Shown piece after piece: positions 52,841 through 64,000 of a DNA stretch of 64,000 nucleotides. The position numbers and the translations under genes were made by a program. The notes below the pieces were generated by a model. That model was not told the DNA's origin, searched no databases, and was given only the letters and a program-made list of their open reading frames with translations. The DNA is from Marsupella aquatica (lineage: Eukaryota; Plantae; Marchantiophyta), in contig OZ316896.1 of the NCBI GenBank assembly GCA_973895155.1, positions 17,658,754 to 17,722,753 of the forward strand, in the 5' to 3' direction. Each line of letters begins with the position of its first letter. Positions within the stretch are counted from its first letter, which is position 1.

Positions 52841-54822
52841 GCATATTCTATCATTATACCCCTCTATCCATCAGGGCTTAACTTTCACATATTCTATCAT
52901 TATAGGGCCAAATTTCAAATCTTTTTAAAAATATTTGCTTGGGATGAATTTGGCCAGTTTTTGCCAGTTAAAAGAGGCTGTATGGAACATGTTTTGAGGT
53001 GAACTGACTCTCCATTGATTGACTCTCCATTGATTGAGATAGGGTGGCTTTACAAGACTTTAGGGGCAGTTTTCAATTTTTTTTGGTCTCCAAGATCTAA
53101 GCATTCAGTTGGGAGAAACTGCTGCTGTTCACTTTACAAAATGTTGGAGGCACTTTCAACCAAACCTCTTTCAACCGAACCTGTTACCAATCCTACATGG
53201 AATGTAATGGGGCCCAGCTTTTGCTTATATGTGGAGCACTCTTTTGTCCTAGATTTTAGACCACCTCTCTTGGAGGTCTCTTCTTCTGGCCTCTTGGTCC
53301 ATTTCTATTTTAAGTCATTTGCATTAAAAAGTGACCCACAAGTACTTCATAAGATCTTCTCTTCTCACATCCAGAAAGACTTTAGCTAAAGATTACATGA
53401 CATTCAGGTGGAGTGGGTACTCAATCTGTCTTTTAGTAAATTAATCTGGTAGCACTGGCTGCACTTGGCTTTACAAGACCTTTGGGGCAATAAAAGTATT
53501 CAAAAAATGCTGCTTTACAAGACCTTGGAGGCAATAAAAGGATTCAAAAAATGGTTTTAGCCAGGAGATACTATATTTAGTGTGTGCAATGGCCCTCCAG
53601 TTTGCTGTGGTGAAAAAAACTCTCAATTGCCCCGACTTCTAATAAAGTCCTCCATAGAGTCCTAACTATCGGGCTCAACAAGGTTTGACTTCTCATGAAC
53701 TATCAAACTGGTGGGCCCCAGAAGTCTTCACGATGAAGGAAACCAGAAGCAAGCACAGTAGATCGAGGGTCAAAAAGGTAGGACCAGAAGACTTTGGAGA
53801 GAAGCAAAGAGCAGGAGACATGCATAATTATTGCGGATCCAGAACAGTGAAGTGATGGAGTGAATCAGAGAATGGGTGATAATTCTACTGTAGTAAGCTG
53901 CAGACTCGATGATTCTGGCCAGACAAGAAAATCGAGATTGGGGAAGCACAACCATGCATGCTTACCTCTCGGGATTTGTCCCCCTCTGTGGATTGCAAAT
54001 GACACAAAGTTTCGGCTAATGGCTGCAAAAGTGAGCCAAAATTCAAAGGCATTAAGAAACACTTCTGTGACTCGCTAGCCATACTCCTCATCCGCAAAAT
54101 TCCTGTCTGTCCCATTATACAAAATCTTGGACAGGAAGGGGTGAGCTTTTTCTCCCCTTGATGTATAGTACTAGCTGTGAGTGTGGGCTTGAGTAAAACC
54201 CTACAGCAGCTGCCGGAACTTTCGTTTCTCTTTGGCCAGTGAAAGACAAAACCTATGGATCTACTCGACTCTACTTATTTTAGGAGAATTTGATTTTAAA
54301 TGAAATGCATTTGGATCATAGATTGTAATCTCACACTTAAAAATGAAAGAATTGCAATCCCAGGAGCAAGATCTTCTAATTATTTTAGATGGACTTAATG
54401 GATCACCGAACCTGCGAATACTCACAGAATGCTTTACATACCTTGCCAAATAGTGACACTAAATTTCTCCATTCAATCTGCATAATTGATACCGAGATAT
54501 ACTGTACAGTAAGTTGAGACGTCCCCGAATGTTAGCAATGCTGAAACAAATTCTGACCTACAGAGGGTTCCCTTCCAACGAACCTTCTCCAGCAGGAAGC
54601 AGTGTCAGGAATTGACAGTAATAAACAACAGATCGAACGTGGCCCTCAGAAGGCCTTGGGGTACACTTGTTCTACCCACAAGCTTCAAGAACCAGCACTA
54701 TCTATAAATCCAGCCATCTCCATCTGGGCACCTCATTGTCCTTCAATATCCCTCTTCTAGTCTAGTCGTTACAGGAGCAGATCAAAGCTTGCCACTTCTC
54801 TGAAAATCCGACACTTACAATC

Positions 54823-55419
54823 ATGGCACCCCCGCTACAAATCGGCGTCATGCTTGAAGCCGTCCAGGTGAGCGACATTACCTGCATTGACATCATCGGC
54901 AACATATCCACCGACTTGGTCAAAGCACTCCAAGAATTCTCACCGCCCGGCTTCTCGGACATGAAGGCCAACGCCGTTGCCATGGTCTTCCACTACATCT
55001 CGTCTTCTCTCTCCCCCACCTTCGTGACTCCGTCGATACACATTGTGCCCACCGTGACCTACGACTCCTGCCCTCGCGACCTCGACATCCTCATCATTGG
55101 CGGCCCGCTGGCATCGCATCGCCCGGAGGGTGCCGACAGATTCCTGAAAGAGGCGTTTGGTGTCGATGGCAAGGGAGAGGCAGGCAAGAGGGTGAAGACG
55201 GTCCTGACGACCTGTTCTGGGAGCATGTGGCTTGCGAGTTCCGGGGCGCTGGATGGGAAGCGCGCGACGACGAATCGTTTGGCTTTGCCAATGGCGAGGA
55301 ACTTGTATCCCAAGGTAGAGTGGGTAGATCAGAGGTGGGTGGTGCACGAGGATGGAGATGGGAGGTTCTGGACGAGTGGAGGGGCGATGGCGGGTGAGTT
55401 TTGTGTTTTGATTGTCTGA
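54823..55419 (+). pseudogene. DJ-1/PfpI copy 3: exon 1 intact (54823-55393), exon 2 deleted; reads through the intron to a stop at 55419
   Basis: Nearly identical to copy 2 up to ATTGTCTGAGT. It then jumps to sequence matching ~46230, a ~0.9-kb deletion that removes the acceptor and exon 2. Confidence 0.85.
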
Positions 55420-57654
55420 GTTTGTTTATCTTTTGGATTGTTCATGGAAGACAAAAACCGTACTCCAAGGGGTGATGATGCATGGCTACTTAAGATCTTC
55501 TCAAGCAGACTCGAGCATCACTGCACTTCTGAATGCTGCGCAGTGCGCACTTCAAGTTCACTGAACACTTTCCACACTAAGAAGTAAAATGCTAGTTAAC
55601 ATGTAACTAGAGTACTTCACAAAAATATGGATGGGTTTCTCCTGGATAGCGAATTGACCTGAGGCAATGGAGAATGTGAGTTCTAAGAGCAAAAAGTGAT
55701 TGGAATCAGAACTAAATTTCGGGTGATTTACGAGACCGAGCGGAACCCTTTGAGGCGGCCTAGTACTCGGGCCCAGTCTTTTGCCTTCCTTCTCACCGGA
55801 CTACAGACCTCCTGTTACTACTGTTTCTCCTAAATTACTGTTCAAAGCGAAGTCCCAAATAGTTTTCCGTTCATGCCTGGATTGGGGAGACCAGTGATTG
55901 GCAACTCTCCAGTGATTCCTTGGCTACTTGAATTGAATTTGATTCTGTCTGTCTGTACTCCAGTTACGAGATGGATGTCATAATTCGAATCTCATGGTCG
56001 AACAAAAATTGGAAAAACAATACATTGATTTCTTGGAAGGATAAAGCACAAGTACTGCAAACACAAAACTAGCCCAATCCGACAGAGCGATATATACAGA
56101 TCGATGCCAACCTGGTCGAGAACCTGTTACCAAATCAGGTTTTAGAGCAAACTCTTAAGCGTCTTGAGTTCATGCATACTACACTAAGTAACAGTACTGA
56201 TTCCAACTCGCAACAGATTCCTTCAGTTGCTCGACTTAAAGTTGAGGTGGTATCTGAGGTTTGATTTCTCGACTCAACTCAGTGCTCGTTTAGGAGTTGT
56301 CTACCTATTGTATTCATTGTACCTGAACTTCACGAGAAAGGTTTCATCCCTGGTACGAATTCGTGGTGCCAATCAGTAAAACGGAATAGAGAAACATTTA
56401 GGAAGAAATCTCCATGGCCGATTGCAAAAAACCTTACACAGCGCTGATTTTGTATATAGAAAATTCATGTGATAGCTCTGCCATGTTTAGACGAATCGGG
56501 TCGACGAGTGAGCTACAAGCAAGCAGAATATCTCCGCAAATTTGCGCCCCTTCCCCTATGCAAATCCAAATTTGAAGCCGAAACGCACGAAGTTCGTCGG
56601 CTGCATGGACTTCGCCGTGATTTGCTCGCGGCAGTGGCGAATTCTCGACCGATTTTCGATCCGCCTCGTGCTCCAGTTGTCCCAATTGCAGCTGCAATTG
56701 CAAGCTGGGGTCAAGAGGATCAGACAACAAGTTTCGACGGCGGAGCGCCGCGGTTTGAGCTCGCCAGCGAGCGAGAGAGCGAACCTTGAAACAAACTACA
56801 CCAGCACAATAACATGTATGTCTGCCTCATTGCACCTGGAATGGATCATGTCCCTTTGATTGATCCATTGACGGACTAGCCTCTTTCCTTGCGTTTGTTC
56901 TCGTCAATTTGTATTTGGAGTATTGATTTTCTTTGTGGTCCACAAACTCCGCTGCTGAACCCAGCATCAAGGGTAGGCGTGTGTGTGTGAAATTTGATCG
57001 ATAGCCCTCCCTGGAATTGGTCTGCTCTACTTTATCTCGTCCACCACAGCTGGCTCTCAACTTCCATTGCGTAGATCAGGCTAGAATAGAGGTGCGACCT
57101 AGCCAGCTGGCTGGCTTGCTGGTTAGGGTCCAGAAAATTGTTTTTTGTCGATCTAGTAGATACTCTTTGTCCCTTGAAAGTTGGTGATTCCAGGAGATGC
57201 AAATAATTGTCTTGGCGGGCTTACATAATTGCGTGCTGGTTGTGAGCATATATGCGAGACAGTTGATAACAAAGTGCTGCACCTGCGCGTCCACGGGGCA
57301 CAGTTTGCCCACAACAGAGAGGAAATTTGGCATACACTTCCACGCGTGATCACATCCAATTGCTTCTCTATTTCGTTGCTGATGACCTTCGCAAATGCGG
57401 ATAGCGCTGTTTAAGATCAGATCAGAAAGCAGCCGGTTAGCTCATTCGCCACACAGTTTGTATCAGAGAATTTGGTAGTGCCTCGTATTTGCTGCTCGCC
57501 CTCGGTCGTATATTATTACTTGGAATAGTTTCATAACGTGTACTTCCATTGGCCATTTTTATCCTCGTGGACTTTTAATTGATGTATTCACTGTGAGTCT
57601 CTCTGAGATAGCATTTCTATCAATATGTCTCCCATTGTCTTATATTTCTATTTT

Positions 57655-58387
57655 TAGCTGCTATCAAGTTTGGAATTCTTGTTCAAAGTCTGCGAGTGGG
57701 CAGACGTGAAGACGATTGTTACAAAGTCCGCTTTGCATTTCATTGACAGAGTCTCTCTTCCGACCTCTGTTATCCTATACACTGATGAAGAAGAGTGGTC
57801 CAGCTGGAGTGAGATTGGCGACGAGGTCCTCCACATTGAGCTGTGGCGATGGGCCGATGCCTTAGTTATTGCCCCTCCCTCAGCTAATACGTTAGCAAAG
57901 GTGAAGCTACCTCCTGCATTTGTACGCGTCTTTTTATCACGGTTTCGACCGACAATGGGATGAATGGGGGTGAATTCAAATACAGACTCGGTTGCCATTC
58001 AAACTAGTGGATACTATTGGACACAGAGAGAATGCGAAAGATTTTAACTCATAAGGTTACCTGTCCTCCTATTAGTTCTTCGCAGGTAGCAGGTGGTCTG
58101 TGTTCGATAACCTTCGATCATACATGCGTGGTGCGTGCATGAGACCTCCAGAAGCCATTCGGGAAGCCATTATCGATAGCTCCTGCAATGAGCACGTTAA
58201 TGTGAGACAATCCGTGCACAAGGCGTCACTTCATCCTGCCCAAGCTCTCGGAATTACTCTAATCTCCACTATTGGAAAGAAGTTAGCATGTAGTGATGTC
58301 GGGAACGGGGCCATGGAGGAGTCTTCGGTGATTGACGCAACTTTTCGAATGCCCTTTTGCAATCGCCGAAACTTTTCTCCTAAATGA
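57655..58387 (+). pseudogene. HAL3/PPCDC pseudogene 2
   Basis: 5'-truncated. A 2-bp deletion at ~57690 and several exon-2 frameshifts are present; KKLACSDVGNGAM is still visible. Confidence 0.9.
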
Positions 58388-58939
58388 ACCAAAATCCTAG
58401 GGCAAGACTAACAATAGTAGTTGATAATTCATTGCTCATGTCAGCTCTTGCTGACAGTAGAGGGTTGTCCTTCAATAACTAGTTCTGAATAATTTAAGAG
58501 AGGAAGCAAAAATTCGCGTGTTAGCATTTTAATTGCTTCCTTGTGATGTTCATGACAAGCAAAATGGGAAATTTCTCCTTTACCAGAATGTTCGGGGGCT
58601 CTGAACTACGGCCAGATTCAACATGAACGTGGGGTATATGAGTGGCCTAGAGGACCCTAGATACAGTTCCGTTTCTTTCTGAAGAACCATCTCCAGAATG
58701 GACTTTGAATGGGGCAGAGCTAAAAGGGAAGCTTTCGGGAGGGTCGTGTCGACGAGATGTGCTGTGCATTTTTGCCTTGAAGAGGAAATTCTCTTCATCA
58801 TTCCTTGTTTCAGCCATACTCGGGAGTCTTCATTGAATGATATGGTTCGAAAGTGCCGTTCCCGAAGGGCCTGCAGAGTACTTGATAAACTGCCGTGTGA
58901 TGACGACGTTTATTAGTGAGTTTTACAGGCCAAACTCTT

Positions 58940-59433
58940 ACCAGTTTGAATGGCAACCGGGAATGTAGTTGAATTCACACAATTTTCATCCCGTTGTCTG
59001 TCCAGAAATATCTCGGTCCAACAGTACCCACCAGTTTGAATGGCAACCGAGTCTATATTTGAATTCATCCCAATTTCATCCCATTGTCTGTCGAAACCGT
59101 GATAAAAAGACGTGTACAAATGAATTTTGTTAGATCTAACCTGAAAGGAATTGAGGAAATACGATTTTAAAGGAGGTAGCTTCACCTTTGCTAACGTATT
59201 AGCTGAGGGAGGGGCAATAACTAAGGCATCCGCCCATCGCCACAGCGCAATGTGGAGAACCTCGTCGCCAATCTCACTCCAGCTGGACCACTCTTCGTCA
59301 TCTGTATATAGGATAACAGAGGTCGGAAGAGAGACTCTGTCAATGAACTGCAAAGCGGACTTTGTAACAATCGCCTTCACGTCTGCCCACTCGCACAGAC
59401 TCTGAACGAGAATTCCAAACTTCGTAGCAGCTA
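58940..59433 (-). pseudogene. HAL3/PPCDC pseudogene 3 (inverted; exon-1 part and intron only)
   Basis: Minus-strand frame ATKFGILVQSLCEWADVKAIVTKSALQFIDRVSLPTS...VLHIALWRWAD...NTLAK|GT, cut in the intron at the inversion junction. Confidence 0.9.
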
Positions 59434-61682
59434 AAAATAGAAAAATAAGACAATCGGAGACATATTGATAGAAATGCTATCTCAGAGAGGCTCACAGTGT
59501 ACATCAACTAAAAGTCCACGAGAATAAACATGGCCAATGGAGGGACACGTTATGAAAATATTCCGAGTAATAATATACGACCGAGGGTGAGCAGCAAATA
59601 CGAGGCACTACCAAATTCCTGATCCAAACTGTGTGGCGAATGAGCTAACCTGCTGCTTTCTGATCTGATTTTAAAGAGCGCTATCCGCATTTCCGATGGT
59701 CATCAGCAACGAAATAGAGAAGCAATTGGATGTGATCACGCGTGGACGTGTATGGCAAATTTCCTCTCTGTTGTGGGTAAACCGGCTTGCAATTGCAGCT
59801 CCAAATGGGAGAACTGGAGCACGAGTCGGATCGAAAATCGGTCGAGAATCCGCCACTGCCGCGAGCAAATCACGGCGAAGCCCTGCACCCGACAATCTTC
59901 ATGCATTTTGGCTTCAAAATTGGATTTGCATATATAGGGGGAGCGGCGCAAATTTGCGGAGATAGTCTGCTTGCTTGTAGCTCACTCGCACCGATTCGTC
60001 TAAACATGGCAGAGCTATCAAATGAATTAATTTTCAATATATAATACATCAGAGATGTGACTGTATGGTTGTTTGCAATTGACCATGGAGGGTTCTACCT
60101 AAATGTTTGTCTATTCCTTTTTACTGATTGGCATCACGATTTCGTACCAGGGATGAAACCTTTCTCGTGAAGTTCAAATACAAGAACACAATAGGTAGAC
60201 AACTCCTGAAGGAGCACTGAGTTGCGTCGAGAAATCAATCCTCAGATACCACCTCAACTTTAAGTCGAGCAACTAAAGGAATCACTTGCGAGTTGGAATC
60301 AGTACTACCTACTGTAATATGCATAAACTCAAGACGCTTACGAGTTTGCTCTAAAAGCTGATTTGGTAACAGGTTGGCATCTGTACATGTCTCTCGGATG
60401 GGGCTGGTTTTGCGTTTGCAGTACGTGTGCTTTATCCCTCGAAGAAATCAAAGTTTTTTTTTGTTTAATTTTTGTTCGACCTTGAGATTCAAATTATGAC
60501 ATTCATCTCGTAGCTGGAGTACAGACAGACAGAATCAAATTCAATTCAAGTATCGAAGGATTCATTTGAGAGTTGACAATCCCTAGTCCCCAATCCAGGC
60601 ATGAACGGAAAACTATTAGGAATTCGCTTTGTGGGGACAAAACAGTAGGGTCAGTAGTCCAGTGAGAAAGGCAAAAGGCTGGGCCCGAGTACTAGGCCGC
60701 CTCAACGGGTTCCGCTCCGTCTAGCTCGTAAACCACCCTAAACTTTGTTCTGATTCGAATCACTTTTGGGTCTTAGAACTTTTAACATTCTCCATTGCCT
60801 CAGGTCAATTCGCTATACTCGAGAAACACATCCATATTTTTGTGAAGTACTCTAGTTACCTGTTGACTAGCATTTTACTTCTCTGGAAAGTGTTCAGTGA
60901 ACTTGAAGTGCAAACTGCGCAGCATTCACAAGTGCAGTGATGCTCGAGCCTGCTTGAAAAGATCTTGAGTAGCCATGCATCATCACCCCTTGGAGTTCGG
61001 TTTTGGTCTTGCATGAACAATCAACTTCATTAACACAAAGACAATAGTAATTACAAAGGTACAATTGAGTCTTGACTGTAAACCTTCACGGCATCTGAAC
61101 CAAGCAACGTCCGCAATCGAGCCTCGATCAACGCCTTAATTAATTTAGTCAGTTAATTAATTCGGTGAAAATGTTGAGGGGCTCTGCGCAGATCAGTGAA
61201 CTGTGTATTTTGGTCGGTTGAGTCCGAAGTGAAAACTATATCAGGAGGTTCATTGGCGGAGGTACACGCGGATTCTCAGTAAGTTTCTTAGTTTCTGACA
61301 ATAACATGGGCTTCACAGTCCACTGTGTCCATCCTTCCTCTCAGCTCAGTGCAATTTATATGTATCTTCTCCTGTGACCACCACCTTCGATAGAGACCTT
61401 CCGTATCATGAGAAGAAGGATTGCCAATTTGCCAAACCTTGTGAAATGGGACCCCGAATGTGATGTTTGCTTTGTAGATCTCAAACGATTCATACAACGT
61501 TGAATTAAATTGAAGTACGAATTGCACGAAATCCACTACTATTTATTGGTGAGCATTTCCCTCAAGAACTATTCTCGACAGAGAATGGATTTCGGGCAGC
61601 TGTATTGCGCTATTTCGCGTTGCACTCTGGTACTCAACTCAAACTAGCACAGACTAGCCATAGAGTTCGCTTGCATTGGAGC

Positions 61683-62525
61683 TCAAGACCGGTAAAACTG
61701 TCCTCTCGTATCAGGATCCAAATCCAGCAGCTCGAGCGAAGACGCCACCGTCTCCTTATGAAAAGTCTGCAACGCGTAATGCGCCACCATATCACTTCCT
61801 ATAGAGACACAACTAACGTCAGTAGTGACATGTGGATATCCTCGATCCGTTCCAAAGCCAGCCGGCGCTCAACATCGACCCGTCGAGAAACAAAACAATG
61901 ACACACAAAAAGCGAAAAAGACTCAGACAATCAATTCACAAAATTAACTCACCCGCAGTCGCCCCTCCACTCGTCCAGAACCTCCCATCCCCATCCTCAT
62001 GAACTACCCACCTCTGATCTACCCACTCCACCTTGGGATACAAGTCCCTCGCCAGTGGCAAAAACATCCGATTCGTCGTCGCGCGCTTCCCATCCAGCGC
62101 CCCGGAACTCGCAAGCCACATGCTCCCAACGCACGTCGTGAGGACCGTCTTCACCCTCTTGCCTGCCTCCCCCTTCCCATCGACACCAAACGCCTCTTTC
62201 AGGAACCTGTCGGCAGCCTCCGGGCGATGCGATGGCAGCGGGCCGCCAATGAACAGGATGTCGAGGTCGCGAGGGCAGGAGTCGTACGTCACGGTGGGAA
62301 CAATGTGCATCGACGGGGTCATGAAGGTGGGGGAGAGAGAAGACGAAATGTAGTGGAAGACCATGGCAACGGCGTTGGCCTTTTGAAGTTCGAGAGGCTA
62401 GGCGGTGCTATGGGTTCGATTGCTTCGGCGTATTCGGTGGAGATGTTGCCGATGATGTCGATGCAGGTAATGTCGCTCACCTGGACAGCTTCCATCATGA
62501 CGCCGATTTGCAGCGGGGGTGCCAT
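61683..62525 (-). pseudogene. DJ-1/PfpI copy 4; exons 62525-61953 and 61798-61683; one frameshift in an A-run at ~62381-62384 (real or assembly error)
   Basis: MAPPLQIGVMMEAVQVSDITC... then TTC AAAAG GCC where paralogs have AAG GCC. The rest is open, with a TTCVG elbow, intact splice sites and exon 2. Confidence 0.85.
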
Positions 62526-64000
62526 GATTGTGAGTGCAGGATTTTCAGAGAAGTGGCAAGCTTTGATCTGCTCGTGTAAAGAGTAGACTAGAAAAGGGAT
62601 ATTAAAGGACAATGAGGTGCCCAGATGGAGATGGCTGGATTTATAGATAGGGCTGGTTCTTGAAGCTTGTGCGTAGAACAAGTGTACCCCAAGCCTTCCT
62701 GAGGGCCACGTTCTGTTGCTCATCTCTGTCAATTCTTGGACTTGCTTCCTGCTGGAGAAGGTTCGTTGGAAGGGAACCCTCTGGAGGTCAGAATTTGTGA
62801 CAGCATTGCTAACATTTGGGGACGTCTCATATTACTGTACAGTATATCAATCTTGATATCAATCATGCAGACTGAATGGAGAAATTTAGTGTCACGATTA
62901 GGCGGGCGATTAGGCAAGGTGTGTAAAAGCATGCTGTGAATATTGGTAGGTTCGGTGATCCAGAGAGTCCATCCAAAATAAAGATCTAGCTCCTGGGATT
63001 GCAATTCTTTCATTTTTTAGAGGGAGATTACTATCTATGATCCAAATGCATCTCATTAAAAATCAGATTCTCCCAAAGTAAGTAGAGTCGAGTAGATCCA
63101 TCGGTTTTTCACTGGCCAAAGAGAAACCAAAGTTCCCGACAGCTACTGTAGATTTTTACTCAAGCCCACATTCGCAGCTAGTACTATACATCAAGGGAAT
63201 AAAAAACTCACCTCTTCCTGTCGAAGATTTTGTATGATGTGGACAGACAGGAATGTTTACTAATGAGGAGAGTATGGCTGGCTGGCAAGTCACAGGAGCG
63301 TTTCTTAATGCCTTTTAATTTTGGCTGACTTTTTCATTTCTAAGACTTCATAGCACTGGTGAGTTCGCTAACCAAACGAGGAGTCCCTAAATTGGATTTT
63401 AGTAGAGAAAGACACAAAAGCTAAGATATTAAAACCTAGGGACTAAGATTGCTAGTGAAAGGGTGTATATTAGGGATTTTTCCTATTACAAGAAAAGAAA
63501 TATGTTACTCTGAGGATTTTTTTTTCCTCGCAACAAGGATTTTTTTTTCTGTTTGCTCGGACGCTGGAACTACCCGTCTTGTCCTGTGACTTGAGATCTA
63601 GATACAACGAGCCAGAATACCCAAGCTCTGCTCACGAAGTGCAGAACATAGAACAAGAAAGGAAAAGAAAAAGTGAAACCCATGAAGAAAAATGCAGTCG
63701 TGTTCCCCAACGGGTTACACCCCCTGCTACAATACTCTTTGCCATTAGTGGGAGAGGTACTGCAATGGTTCATCGAACGTCACCAAGACGTGATAGTAAT
63801 TAGCGGTATTTGCAAAACCGGCAGTAGTACTTCAAGATTGAGTAATTAATCTATGCCAAATCAACTCTTGCCAGTCTCTTTTACCATGAAAATTCCACAG
63901 AATAAGTCGACTACCAGAAGCTTTGTACCATTTGAAACCAATAGAGGGGGACAAAGCCCGAGAGGCAAGCATGATTGTGCTTCTTCAATCTCCATTCTCT

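Larger units (their letters stand above)
47961..57650 (+). repeat. Segmental duplication unit 3 (pseudo-HAL3, spacer, DJ-1 copy 3, foreign spacer)
   Basis: Collinear similarity to 30155-39310 and to 41800-47950, with unit-specific insertions. Confidence 0.85.
58940..64000 (-). repeat. Inverted copy of the array unit, running off the window end
   Basis: The reverse complement matches 55430-58010 (spacer and pseudo-HAL3), 39300-40330, the DJ-1 gene and its upstream region, 35090-35320 and 43770-43980. Confidence 0.9.

Noticed and set aside
55977-56380. ~400-bp segment present in units 3 and 4 but absent from unit 2, as a solo LTR
   Set aside because: It starts near TGTCA, but I found no matching CA end or TSD. 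It is more simply a deletion in unit 2.
38717-62525. Fungal contamination or chimeric assembly as the source of the DJ-1 genes
   Set aside because: Copies have diverged together with flanking plant HAL3 fragments and carry unit-specific plant TE insertions. This is unlikely for contamination, though read-level confirmation is still desirable.

Overview
Eukaryotic, intron-containing land-plant DNA. It looks like a bryophyte, possibly a liverwort; the species cannot be determined from sequence alone. The first 31 kb hold ordinary plant genes: the 3' end of a DUF247 gene, SURF2, a plastid-type MSL2/3 mechanosensitive channel and an intact HAL3/PPC decarboxylase. It also holds a disabled fungal-looking FAD oxidoreductase, a 3.66-kb Mutator-like element carrying an RNase H1-N-terminal/viroplasmin ORF, and a full-length but decayed PIF/Harbinger transposon. 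A nested MITE in the Harbinger interrupts a hidden third ORF. From ~30 kb to the end, the window is a locally amplified array of a [HAL3 piece - spacer - DJ-1/PfpI gene] unit, three times direct and then once inverted. All extra HAL3 copies are broken. The four fungal-type DJ-1/PfpI genes (isocyanide-hydratase-like Asp/Cys signature) are largely preserved and differ at predicted active-site positions. The best candidate for a new system is this apparently horizontally acquired, amplified and diversifying DJ-1/PfpI cluster. Family assignments come from motif recognition, not database searches.
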